A DNA stretch of 45,367 nucleotides, taken from the NCBI GenBank assembly GCA_021432655.1, contig MU271551.1, forward strand, positions 1-45,367. Direction: 5' to 3'. The notes below the pieces were generated by a model. That model did no database searches, was not told the origin of the DNA, and worked only from the letters and a program-made list of their open reading frames with translations. The position numbers were made by a program, and so were the translations under genes. The DNA comes from Atractiella rhizophila (lineage: Eukaryota). Below are positions 26,233 to 37,609 of this stretch, piece after piece (positions within the stretch are counted from its first letter, which is position 1; each line of letters starts with the position of its first letter).

Positions 26233-27163
26233 CATATGAACAAGCAATATTTGTTTGGTATTCAGATATTATTTTGAGAAAATCTTGTAGTTCGCTCATC
26301 GCGGAGAGATGCTTTGTTGAAGAGGAGTTCTGCTAAGAAGGATAAAGAAATCTATGTACATGTTGGATAACAACTAAAAGGCTGAAGTTGTATGATTCCA
26401 TATGACTAATATTTCTGTTCCTCCTCATACTTTGTGCTGAAATTTTTTCCCTATCCTGCTCCACACTTTATAGATGCTCGTCCTCTTTCTCAGCATCCAA
26501 ATCTGGAGGTCAACCACACTTGTATAGCTACCCCACCACTGCCATAGTTTCCACCATTTCCTCAATTTGAAAATTTTCCACCTTGCCCCACTCCGAGTCC
26601 TAATCATAGAGAATTAGGACCCTGGAACAACACTACCAGCTTATACACTTTCACCAGGCTGAACTAAGTGAGTTTCCTGCTACCTTGAGGGGCCGAAAGC
26701 TTACTGATAGGCAGAACCCACTCCGACCCCCCCTATTTGACCAACTCCCTGTGATTTGCTTGATCAATGGATTCAATATGCTGCTGCCCTTGATCACAGA
26801 CAGTGACCTTTGCTGTTCACCAGTAAATTAAGTGGACATGTATATCAAGACGTGGGAGCTGGAACAGGAAGGTTGTATGGATGTAACAGAGAATGTTATT
26901 GCCGCATTCATCAACTGTATGATTTTGGACACGAGCGGTAAAGGTTCCTATTCCCTTATTGTAACTGGATAAAAGTCAGAAGATGAATTCAATATCATTA
27001 TCTATGTTATATTTTATTTCCATCATGATCTCAGGAGTGAGATATCTGTGTCGAGAGAAAAGGAAGTGAGGTGAACTTGAACTGTGAGAAAGACTGCTTG
27101 TGCCTTTGGCACCGACAGCACTTCCTTCTCTGGAAGTGGGGGGAGATTTTGAGTATTTGTATT
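26233..27163 (-). repeat. 931-bp duplication, copy 2; on the minus strand the order is B(27163-26478) then A(26477-26233)
   Basis: Reverse complement of 23981-24911 with the two blocks swapped. Confidence 0.95.
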
Positions 27164-27863
27164 TACCCCAATAAAGTTGTCCTCCTCTCTTCCCCTCTAA
27201 ATCCCTTGCAAGGGCTCAGGATGAGTAAGGAGAATTAGATGCCATGCCTTGAACAGCCAGAAAATCTCCAATGAAGAGAGAGGAATTCTGTAGCTTTCTT
27301 ATTTATGTTCACTTTCTCATTTTTAGGCTTGCTTATAGCCTATATTCCTTCCTGTCTCTCTTGTAACATACAATCCTGTAAGCCTATAAAAGGCCCTCTT
27401 CCTTCCTCTTGAAATCTAGCTTTTTCTACCTCTCCATCTGCTTGATTTTGTATATATACGAAAGTTCACAATGAAACTTAGGAAAGAAGATGGCAAGGCC
27501 TTTCAACAACCTTAGCCACCTTAGGCTTCTGAGATCCATAGTCAGGCTGTAATACCATTAATTTCTCTAAATAAAAGTAAGTGTTGACCATATTTATGCA
27601 GGTTAAATAATACTTACCAGCACAACATGTTCCATCTTCATTATGATTGGCTTTTAGCAGATGAAGAATCTTTCCTCATTACTCATAGTTCCTCATAACC
27701 TCATGGAGTAATGGAGGACAGAAATCGAGAACAAGATGGCTCCCTCCTATAGTATGATGGTAGAAGAACAAGTATTTGGTCCAAGTGTCTAGGGTAACAG
27801 GGACTCAAGGGTAGAAAGACTCATACTATTGCTTCTGTGGGAGACACTTGCTTGAGTCCCAGA

Positions 27864-28085
27864 GCAGCAGAATGAACTCCAAGATTTTTTCGCAGCAGAA
27901 TGAACTCCAAGATTTTTTCAAAAAAATTGTCTGAAACCCAAACAGCTATTCTTGTCAATATGGAGATGATGAGGACAACCATTGAATGCCATTCCTAGGA
28001 CATTCGCAAGCAAATGACCATAAAAGAAGATATAAAGGAAGATCTCAAGGAGCTGAAAGAAGAGATGGTAAATGTGAAGGAGATA
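27864..28085 (+). repeat. Diverged inverted paralogue of ~26100-26300 (coiled-coil coding relic), starting with a 28-bp tandem duplication (27864-27919)
   Basis: atatggagatgatg...ccattgaatgccattcctaggacatt...tgaccataaaagaaga...aaggagctgaaag.agagatggtaaatgt is shared with the minus strand at 26100-26240. Confidence 0.8.
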
Positions 28086-31000
28086 TTAAGAAGGTGAATC
28101 AAGGAGTGATAAAAGTAAACAAAAGTATTAATAGTATGTATAGTAGCATACTCTTTAGATTGGAGTGAATAGGGACAGAGACCGTTACAAGTACGGAAGC
28201 AAATATGAGTTACAATTTCTGACTAAATGCTCAAAGTCCATTACCTAATCCAATAGTGGAAAGTTTAGGAAAATAAAATTTAATATCCTAGATTTTATCT
28301 GGATATCTCACTCCATTGGCAGAGGTATTTATACACAGACAGTCACAAGGTCCAGAATGTTCCAGCATAATCCACAGTTAACTCTATTTGCCACCTGCCT
28401 GACGAACCTTTGCCACATATCCCAAAATCTGAGCCATATCCATAAGCAAACCCTAACACTTACACAACACAACTGAACTTTTTTTGAATTGATTATAGTA
28501 AATTCTGCCCACAATCATATCAACTTTATAAAATAAAACATAGATAACCACCTTCTTTGAGATGCAGTAAGGCTGGAGTATTACGTTATACTTGAAAGTT
28601 TGCAAATTACTCCACTCAAGAGTCCAGAAATTGCTTGGCTCAAGAGTTTAATGTATTGTTGGAAGTTTTGGAAAGGACGGTTGAGGACAAGGATTATTTG
28701 GGAGAGATTATAGAGGAGTGCCTTTGGGGCATTGAGGGGTAGTTTATTTGGATGAGATTAATAAGTACAGATGGATATAAGCAAGACGCTGATGATGGGT
28801 GAGGGTGAGTACAAGGAAGATTTTATGATCTTATCCATCAAAGGAAAGAAGAAGGAGGCAGAAAACTGAAGAGTGCTTCTCCAAGAATGCACGTTTGAGA
28901 GAACAGGAATGAGAAGTTGTCTAAAGAGCAAATGAAGAAAGAGAATGGAGGAGTGGTAAAGATATGAAATGTGGAATTAAGGATAAGGAACTAGGTGAGG
29001 AAAGATAGAGGACAGACTAAATATGCAAAATTTTGGATTAGACAGATGGCTAAGTAAGGAGCAGTGGAAATCCTTTCCTAAGTCCTACGATGTTCTACAT
29101 TATCCTATTCCCTTTATCTTAGAAGGAAAGCACTAACATGTAAGTGACATATAGCCTCTTACATGCTTCTGATGGATAAGTAGACTCATTATGTCCATCC
29201 CAAGCAAAAAAAAGGTGCTGAGACACAAATTTAAGGCCCAATAGTAGAAGCGAGAAGATAGCCTTGTTGATCCTCCTCGAGAGGCGTGCTGCAGGGTTGC
29301 CTCAGCGCTTTCAGCTTATATAACCCACACCTCCTCAATATTCAACCTGTCAAATTCGTGTGCAGCAGCAGGAGGGTGAACCTCCTAGAGGACATTGATG
29401 CCGACATCAGCTAGACCCGTCACCTTTACATGGAGAAAGCGATGTCAGTCTCTCTGATGGACAGTAGGAGGGACAATTTGAGATTCTCAATCTTCCTAAC
29501 CATGATAGCTTCTCGGAATGCAAGACAAGATCAGCATCCTTTACTGTATTCAACTACTTACCAGACACAGTGGAGGCTATGTAACTTTCAGGCCGGAATA
29601 AAGTGGAGGAACAGATAGCAAGGAGCTCTAAGCAGAATCCAAGGTTTTCTAACTGTTGTTCTCTGGGAAAGATTGTTCTTCCTGCTTATGAAGTACCACC
29701 AGCAGAATTACATCAGCTATAAATCAACCCAGATACCCAAGTATCGAAGCAGTTTTGAGAGAATATCCGCTCCTACAATAATGCTCTTTCCTTTACTTCT
29801 CTTGGAGTCAAGCGGCTGGCTACCTATTCCTGGGCAAGGAGTTTACTCTTTCCGGATTCAAGGGGAGCTGTGCCGTCGTATTAGAGTTTTGTTACCTGAT
29901 TCTGATGGAGATGAATGGTTTGTACAAATCTACATGTTGGGATTCCTAAGGGCAGATTTGACAAAGCTTAGAGACCACTGGACAGCACAAACTCAAGGAA
30001 GGTACTTTGAGGAAGTTGATGTGGCATATCACAAGGGACATCGTGGTTAAATTTGGACGTTCTGATGGTCATAATTTTTTGAAAGAATTAGTTATCAGAA
30101 CGTCAACTGTCTTCCTCTATGCTTCCCACTTTTGTTCCTCTATGGCAAGCAAGGTTGGCATACATATATCCCCCTCAGTCATGGAGATCTGTTTCAACGT
30201 GGTCTATGAGAGGAATATCGAAATGATGCAGGACAAATAGTTGGTAATTCCTTACAATAATCTTTAATAATTTCATTCTGATTAGGGGCATTATTTTACC
30301 TAAAATAAGTATAATGAATATATATAAATAGAATATGGGGGAACAGAAACATGTTACTCAGATGAGCTATTATTCCTACCTGCTTCACTTCAAGAAGGGC
30401 ACATTCTCTCTAATTCACTATGGAGGCCAGCTGTTCCAAGAATTGGTTTACAATGTTTATGCTCAAATAGAAAGTAAGATTGAGGTTCCTGAGGTACACT
30501 CAAGAACTTCCCTGAACTGAGTCTTATGCTGGACTCGGCGATGCCTTAGAAGATGGTCGAGATGCTGCAGATGTTGGGAAGTGGACCATTCTACCATCAT
30601 CATACAAGGAACGTCCCTGCCAAATTAACTAGCAATTCCAAGTTGCTATGACAATTGTTGGGAACCGAGCTCTACTTCCTGGGTAAACAGCTGCCGATCG
30701 ACCAGACTTGGTCTCTAGAGTTTTCAATGCAAAGGTGAAGGCTTACAAGGATAACTCAATCTTTGAACAGTCGGTCGCTCCGCCTAGGTGATTGAATTTT
30801 AGAAACATGGTCTCCCTCATGCTCACACCCTCATCATCCTCAATCCTGAAGATGCCATCAGGGATGTCGAGGCGATCTACCATATAGTATCTGCCAAATT
30901 GCCTGATAAGGATACAGACCCTGAATTGTTTGAGATTGTCTGCAATCATATGCTTCATGGACCCTGCGGAGATATCAACCCAGATGCTCCATGCATGATG

Positions 31001-31159
31001 AATGATAGTAAAAATCCTGGAAAAAAAATCTATGGCACAGGGTTTCCGAAGCTATTTGTGGAAGAAATGGGCATCAACGAGGATGTGTCGCCATAACAAT
31101 GGATGTACCTTTCAGAAATCACAGAATGGATTTATTCACGACAATCATCGGGTCATACC

Positions 31160-31394
31160 TGTTGAACCTGAGGTTCATCAGAGTGACAACGAAGAAAAGA
31201 TCATCAGTATTGCATGAACGTTGGTGAGGAGTCACCTACCTGAGGTTCATCAGAGTGACAACGAAGAAAAGATGAACCTCAGATAGCTGAAAACAGACTA
31301 AACTACAGGAGCGGGCGGAACTAACACCAGATGCGATAGCCAACTCAAGAGAGCGAAAAGAAAGTGAAAGACGAGAAACATAATAACTTCAACA
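31160..31394 (-). repeat. Copia 3' LTR (235 bp; 72-bp insertion relative to the 5' LTR)
   Basis: Matches 37071-37232 apart from 2 substitutions, a 1-bp indel and a 36+36 bp insertion. Confidence 0.95.
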
Positions 31395-31581
31395 CTCCCA
31401 CTCCGTACGCTACCGTAACACAACGAACGGAAATGAAAACAGCTGGTGCAATGCAGGAGGAGAGATGCAGAAATGATAGGGTAGACAAACACGGTGTGTG
31501 GTCAAATGCATTTCTTTTAACGTCTTTTCCAAGATATTACTGTAAGTTGCAATGCAAGTGTTTTGTCAAAAAGATTAGATC

Positions 31582-33042
31582 CTAGGCGAAAGTAATGCGC
31601 TCTCCGATGTCCCGTACTCCCATGGCGAATATGCATTGGTGAAAGACATCCTTTGAGAGAGGTTTCGTGAGAATGTCGGCAATTTGCTGCTTAGTCTGTA
31701 TGTATCGTAGTACGATGTTCCCTTTTTGCACGTTGTCTCTTTGCCTTTGCAGCAGCGCCATATTCTGCTTCACCAGAAGAAAGGGCAACGACTGTCTGTG
31801 GTTTTGATTTGAAAGTGATGGGTGCTCCGCAGAGCATGGTGAGCCGACCTTCTTGCGACTTGAGAGAGGGAAGAAGAGAGGCAAAGGAGGCATCAGCGTA
31901 TGCATGAAGGGGTCTCTGATCGTTGCCGTTGAATAGCAAACCTTTATTCGAGGTTGCGTTGAGGTAACGGAAGATTTGTTTGACTGCCTTATAATGATTT
32001 GGGCCGGGGTTGGCTGCAAATCGCTGGACGTTTGAGAGTGCATACGTTATATCTGGCCGTGTGCAAATTGAAAGCCAGTTGAGGCATCCGGTCGCTTCCA
32101 GGAAAGACCACTGAGGCTTGTTGGCGAGCTCTTCTTCAGTCCAAACGCCATCGAATGGTTCCAATTTTGCCTTTGGATTTGCAGGCACACTCGTGTAGCT
32201 GTTCATGTACCCAAACTTCTCTAATATTCTTGCCGTGTAGACTCTTTGAGTCAGGCTGATCATGCGCTTCTCCCAATCCCGTTTGATTTCCATTCCAAGA
32301 AATTTCCCAACTTCCCCGAGTGTTCGCATTGCGAATGAGCTCCCCAGCTCCTGCTGAAGCCTTTGGACAATTCCTCGATCCTTCCCCAATAGGAGCGTGT
32401 CGTCAACGTAAACAACTAGGATGTAGAGCTTGCCGTCGACCCTCTTTGTGAAGACACAGGAGTCGGACCATAGGGGAGTCCAACCTTTCGTTCGGAGGTC
32501 TTCTTTGAGCGTGTCAAACCACAGACGAGCTGCTTCCAACAGGCCATATAGTCCTTTCTTTAGAAGGTATACTTTCCCTTCCGTTCCAGGTTTCTCTAGT
32601 CCAGGGGGTTGACGAATATAGATTCGAGTTTTTGAGGTGTCTATTGGGGAGTTAAGAAAAGCAGTTTCGTAGTCAGCTTGATAGATGGATAGGTCTTCAC
32701 GAGCAGCAAGGGCGATTACTCCGCGAATCGTCTCACCGTTGCTCACTGGAGCGAAAGTTGGATCCCCAGTAGGAGTTTGGAGGTCTCCCCTGACGCAGAT
32801 CCGTGCTTTTAGGCTTTCTAACTTTCCATTAATATCATATTTGTGTCGGAACGCCCACATGAGAGGTGTAGCTGTTTCTCCTTCAGGAAGCTCTATCGGC
32901 TCACCCTCTATGGTTTTGTTTAGGAACTGTTTCTCCCACTCGTTCCGACACGCCTAGAGCCAATCAGGACCTTCATTGCTCGCTAGAGCCTCCTTGAGAC
33001 TGCGGGGCTCTCGCAGGGTCCACCCATGATCTTGTAGCGCTC
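31582..33042 (-). pseudogene. Copia RT/RNase H part of pol, with a premature stop and an RNase H deletion
   Basis: KARICVRG, QADYETAFLN, LKKGLYGL, YVDD, TRPDITYA, YADAS, ALSSGEAEY, QIADILTKPL; in-frame TAG at 32954-32956; frameshift at ~31740. Confidence 0.93.
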
Positions 33043-33532
33043 TGTTAGGGCTGACACTATGTGCGGTCGCCGATAGGCGATGCGTCTGTAGTGGAGGTAA
33101 ACCTAAGAGAATAGTATGGCATGAGGAGACTAACCTGTAGTGGAGGTAAACCTAAGAGAATACTCTGAGGTCACCACCACTACATCTCGATGTATATATA
33201 CATATGTAAAAGCACTGCCATAAACTGTATCATAAGTTTCTTGAAACATGTAAGATAGCTAGATCAGGAAAGCAATAAAGGGAAACCTCGGAAATAAGAC
33301 ATACTGAGCAGTACAAGTGAGAAAGGACGATAAAGCAATAATGGAGACGGTGCAGACCGGCGAAATGTTTAAGGTTTGCTGAGCGGCGATTCGTGTGAGA
33401 CAGGGGAAGGCGGCGATCAGCGCGAACGTGGGCAAAGCGGCGATGGGCATGCACGTGATCCTATGGCATGGTAAAGTAGGTCACGTGACTTCGGATGGTG
33501 CATTTCGGTAATGCGTAGGGGCAAGCCTGACA
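33043..33532 (-). mobile_element. Solo LTR (490 bp) inserted in copia pol
   Basis: TG...CA ends; TSD cgctc (33038-33042, 33533-33537); removing it restores the pol frame FSTRA|LQDHGWTLREPRSLKEAL. Confidence 0.95.
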
Positions 33533-36500
33533 CGCTCGCGTCGAGAACATGTAGTCTACTGAGTCTAGGGCAGGTTGTTTGGACGGAGGGGTTGTCTGGC
33601 GCCATTCGCCAATTGCTTCTTGTATGTCCTTTTGTGAGAGCTCATCCACCCGAACCGCGATGGGAGAACTGTTGTTAGGAACGTGCATATCATGCGAAGC
33701 GAGGGCACTTTCCTGCTGGATGGGTCTTACGTCCACCACTACGTGCTCGGCCCCCATGCAACTGCCCAATCTCGAGCTCCTTTCAGAGCTGGTGGTTGAA
33801 GCAAGGCGCAGAATATCTTGGTATTTCGGATCAACCGCATAGTCATTATTGAAGATACACCTATTCGCGATTCTCTTTCGTGTGGAACGGCGAGGAGGTG
33901 GGACCGTTTGAGTCGAGGCTGATGGAAGGATCGAAGGTGGCTCGGGAGGAATGTCAGGACGCATATGAGTGAACGTAGGTTCAGTCGTTGTATCAGGGTA
34001 TTGCTGGTCATTTAGAGGAACATCACTTTCCTGAATTGCGGGTCTTACGTCCACCCTTTCGTGTGAAGCGCCCTCGCAACTGCCCGTTCTCAAATCATCT
34101 CTCTCCTCATCATTTCTCACCTCGAAGGAGCTCGGAATGGATGGGGTTGGAGCTATCGTTTCAATGGAGTTTGGAGTGGAGGGCGCAACTCGCACTCCCA
34201 AATCGGGAAGTCCAGCATCAGAAGGTGTGTCTTGAGGGAACTCGTCTATGTTCTCTTCTGACCAGAAGGAGTAGTCGTCCAGACGATCTGACCCTGTTCT
34301 TCCTTCGAAGTAATTCTCCGCAAATACGACATGGCGTGCACGAATCAGACGGCGTTTGACTGGGTCCCAGCAGCGATGGGATTTGAACATGACATCTGGT
34401 CCCAGATAGATGCAGCGGATGGCTTTGTTTTCCCACTTCCTCCTTCGCTCTTCTGGAATCAGTGCCCATGCTGTGCAGCCGAACGTGCGTAGATAGCCAA
34501 CCGATGGTTTGGTTCCTTCGAGGCTTGTGAGTGGTATCTTTCCTTGTAACGAAGAGTGAGGTGTTCGATTGTAGACGTGACCGGCAAAGTAGAGAGCTTC
34601 CGCCCAAAATGTTAGAGGCAGCTTTGCGTGGTGAAGCATGGACTTTGCGAGGTTACGAAGAGTGCGATGGATGCGTTCTGCAATCCCGTTCTCCTGATGA
34701 CAGTAAGGAGTCGTTGCTTTCCATTCCACGTTGTTGATTTCGAACCAGGACTGTAGCAAGTTATTCATGAATTCTCCCCCACCATCGACTTTCCATCTTT
34801 TCACAGTTCTCTGCGTTTTCGCGTGAAGAATTGATCTGAATCGCTCGAAAGATGGGAGAACAGTTGCTTTCGATTTGTCTGGAATGAATTCCTGATGTAC
34901 TACTCTTGAACCGACATCTACGTGTACGACTGAATACCAGGCACCACCTAAAGAAGAGACTTGCACAGGTCCAGTTAAATCGGAGACTACAGACTCGCCC
35001 GGTAGAGTGGGCGGGAGCTCGACGCTTTGTTTTGAAGGAAACGAACCCCGATGCATTTTTCCCATCACACATGGTTCACAAAAATCTTGGGAATCTCTTT
35101 TTTTCGAATCTTTCATCTCCAACCCTCCAACTAGAGACTTCGAAACCAACTCTTTGATCTTTTCCATCCCGATATGTGCAAGCCTATTGTGCCACACCTT
35201 CAGATCGACTGCCTTGGATACAGTGTCGACACAAGTGCTCGCCTTCTTCGCATCCCCTTTTAATAGAAACAACCCTCCTTTGTCCTCTGCCATTCCTACT
35301 AGACGTCCTTCCCGGTTGAAAATGTTGCATACTCCATCCTCGAAAACGAGTTTGAGGCGGTCGTGCGGTGGGAGAGAGAGGCTGACGAGTTTGGAGACGC
35401 TTATCAGGGGGTTGGTGAGTGAGGGGAGGTGGAGAACGTTTCGAAGTATGATGTTGGAAAGAGGTCCTCCGTGTTTGTTGTGGGTGGTGTATTCTGTGGT
35501 GCCCTTAGTGGTAATGGATATGCTCCTTCCATCCGCCACCTCGATGGATCCGCTGTGAGGCTGACAATTAGAGATGTAATCGAGAGGAAAGACATGAGAG
35601 GTGCATCCAGAGTCAATGCAAGCGATGGCCATGCTTCTGTCAAGTGATAGATTGGCCCTGCTAGCTTGCACTTCTTCAACTAGCCGTACCTGGTCTCGGA
35701 CGGAGAATGGCGGCGTCGCTTGGGCAGTCGGCGCAAAGTCTGAGCTGAAATCAGAGGCGTTGAGGACAATGCTGGTTTGCTCGACCTGAGGAATGGACGA
35801 AGTGTCGATAGATGGTGACGCAACTTCTCTCACGTTATTTTTTTGTTTTGGGTTCACCGTTCCATCCTTAAATCGATACCCGGGAGGCGCAAGGATTCGA
35901 TTGGCTTCAAGCTCCCAGCAGCGTTCGGAGGTGTGTGATCGCAGGCTGCAGTGAGGGCATGGAGGGAAGCGGTTCGAGCCGTTTCTTCTCCCCTTTTCTC
36001 CTACACTCCCACTGTTTCCGCCACCCCTCACAGGTGTTGCTGAACGAGTGATCAGAGCCTGTTCCTGCGCTTTCTGAACCTCGCTGAGACCTTCCTCCAG
36101 CATTATCGTGTTGATGGTATTGGAGATCCACTCTGGAGTGAAATCGACCAGAGTTGCCTGAGCTGATTTTGTCGCCTGGAGAGCTGAGAAGTAGGGCTTC
36201 ATCTTGTCACGAAGAGAATCCGGGAGCGTCGCTTGGAGGTGGGCGGAGAAGATAATTGATTGCCAGGTTTCGGTGGTGAGTTGCTTCTCGCCGACGTACT
36301 TGACGAAATCAGCGAGATTCTTTTCTAGGACAGCCATATGTTCCGTCCAGTGCTGAGGCGTAGTTCCAGTGAAATGAGTACGTGCGAAGGCGCTCCACGC
36401 CGTGACGGCATAGAGATGATTTGCCGCATCGTATTCCTTCTTCAACCAATTCCACATTTCCTTCGCTTTCTCTTTCAAGTCATTGGCCTTGATTCTAGCC

Positions 36501-36916
36501 TTGATCCCGTCTGAAAGCGATTCGTAGAGAAGTGCGGACGCTTGTAGATTCTTGTTCTTCCAAGCTATGGAGTGCTGATCGAACAGATAAAGCGCAGCGC
36601 CGTAACGAGATTCGACGGGCTCCCTTTCCTCACCAGAGGTGACGAGCCAGAGCTGTTGGCTTCGCAGAGTCTCATATGCATCTTCCTTCCATGCTCGACA
36701 GTTGGGACCGTCGAGGATTGTAGGGATTTTTCGACCAGAGTGAGAAATTGGAGGAGAAGATGGAAGCACTTCCATTACGACGAACGGGAATTCTTCAGGT
36801 TCAGGGGCAGGGCTACGTTCACGTGCGGGTGCAATTGATGGTTCAGGGGTTGCAAGGCCGTGATCTTGTGAATCTTGAGGTAGAGATCGTTCACCTGATC
36901 TTGGTGATCGTGACAT
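33533..36916 (-). CDS. Copia gag-protease-integrase part of the polyprotein, truncated by the solo LTR
   Basis: Zinc knuckle CPHCSLRSHTSERC, protease IDSGCTSH, WHNRLAH...CEPC, integrase DLTGP / DGGGEF / NGIAER. Confidence 0.95.
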
Positions 36917-37058
36917 AAAACTTCGGGATGGACGTGTGGACCGTGCAATTTAGTTGTGCGCGGCGCGTCGTGTTTGTTTGATGGTGTTTACGGCTGTTGA
37001 TCGAAGAAGGTGTTGAATTGAGCGGGACAATGGAGTGCTCAATCAGTAGGGAACGATT

Positions 37059-37070
37059 GGGCTCATAACC
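37059..37070 (-). promoter_or_regulatory. Primer-binding site GGTTATGAGCCC (tRNA-iMet anticodon-arm type)
   Basis: Directly follows the 5' LTR; same sequence type as the Ty5/copia PBS. Confidence 0.85.
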
Positions 37071-37232
37071 TGTTGAACCTGAGGTTCATCAGAGTGACAG
37101 CGAAGAAAAGATGAACCTCAGATAGCTGAAAACAGACTAAACTACAGGAGCGGGCGGACTAACACCAGATGCGATAGCCAACTCAAGAGAGCGAGAAGAA
37201 AGTGAAAGACGAGAAACATAATAACTTCAACA
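37071..37232 (-). repeat. Copia 5' LTR (162 bp)
   Basis: tgttgaa...ttcaaca termini; internal 12-bp inverted repeat ctgaggttcatc / gatgaacctcag. Confidence 0.95.
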
Positions 37233-37609
37233 ATACCGTTAAATGCTTATGTCCTTTGGCACTTTATAGCTCATATCAATGTGGAACCCTGCACCCCCAT
37301 CAAATCAATCAAGTACCTCTTCAAATATTTAAAAAGGAACTGATTGGGCACAAGCTGTCCTTCATAGCATCCAAGGTGATGTTAGGGTGGTGGATGAGAT
37401 TTAAGAGTACTTGATGCTAGATTCATCAGATCTTCTGAAATTAAGTGTTAAGAACTACCTCTAAGATGATGATAGGGCTTATTTGATATAATTTACAGCC
37501 TGTTACAGGATTTTCCATTTTTACTTTACACCAGCATTTTCTGATAGTTATTCACTTGGCAGTACACCTCCCTGATCAGCATTCTGTGACCTTTAATCCT
37601 CAGGATGAG

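Larger units (their letters stand above)
31160..37232 (-). mobile_element. Ty1/copia LTR retrotransposon, 6073 bp including a nested solo LTR; defective
   Basis: TG...CA LTRs at 37071-37232 (5') and 31160-31394 (3'); 5-bp TSD atacc (31155-31159, 37233-37237); PBS GGTTATGAGCCC; PPT GGAGTGGGAG; domain order gag-PR-IN-RT-RH. Confidence 0.98.

Noticed and set aside
24782..26607. Twin Trp-rich ORFs MIRTRSGARWKIF... as duplicated peptide genes
   Set aside because: They are by-products of the 931-bp duplication and diverge exactly at the block B boundary.
31166..31273. CRISPR-like repeat-spacer-repeat (36/36/36 bp, partly palindromic)
   Set aside because: Only two units, the repeat is part of a retrotransposon LTR, the context is eukaryotic and no cas genes are present.
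32954..32956. Programmed stop-codon readthrough in copia pol
   Set aside because: It lies at the start of RT rather than at the gag-pol boundary, and the element has other lesions; a nonsense mutation is simpler.
33230..33454. Similar short ORFs at 33230-33454 and 37688-37882, plus 17080-17418, as a small gene family
   Set aside because: They lie wholly inside LTR copies; the similarity reflects the repeat.
33461..33532. C-terminal 23 residues of the 1151-aa ORF as a real polyprotein end
   Set aside because: Read-through into the inserted solo LTR.
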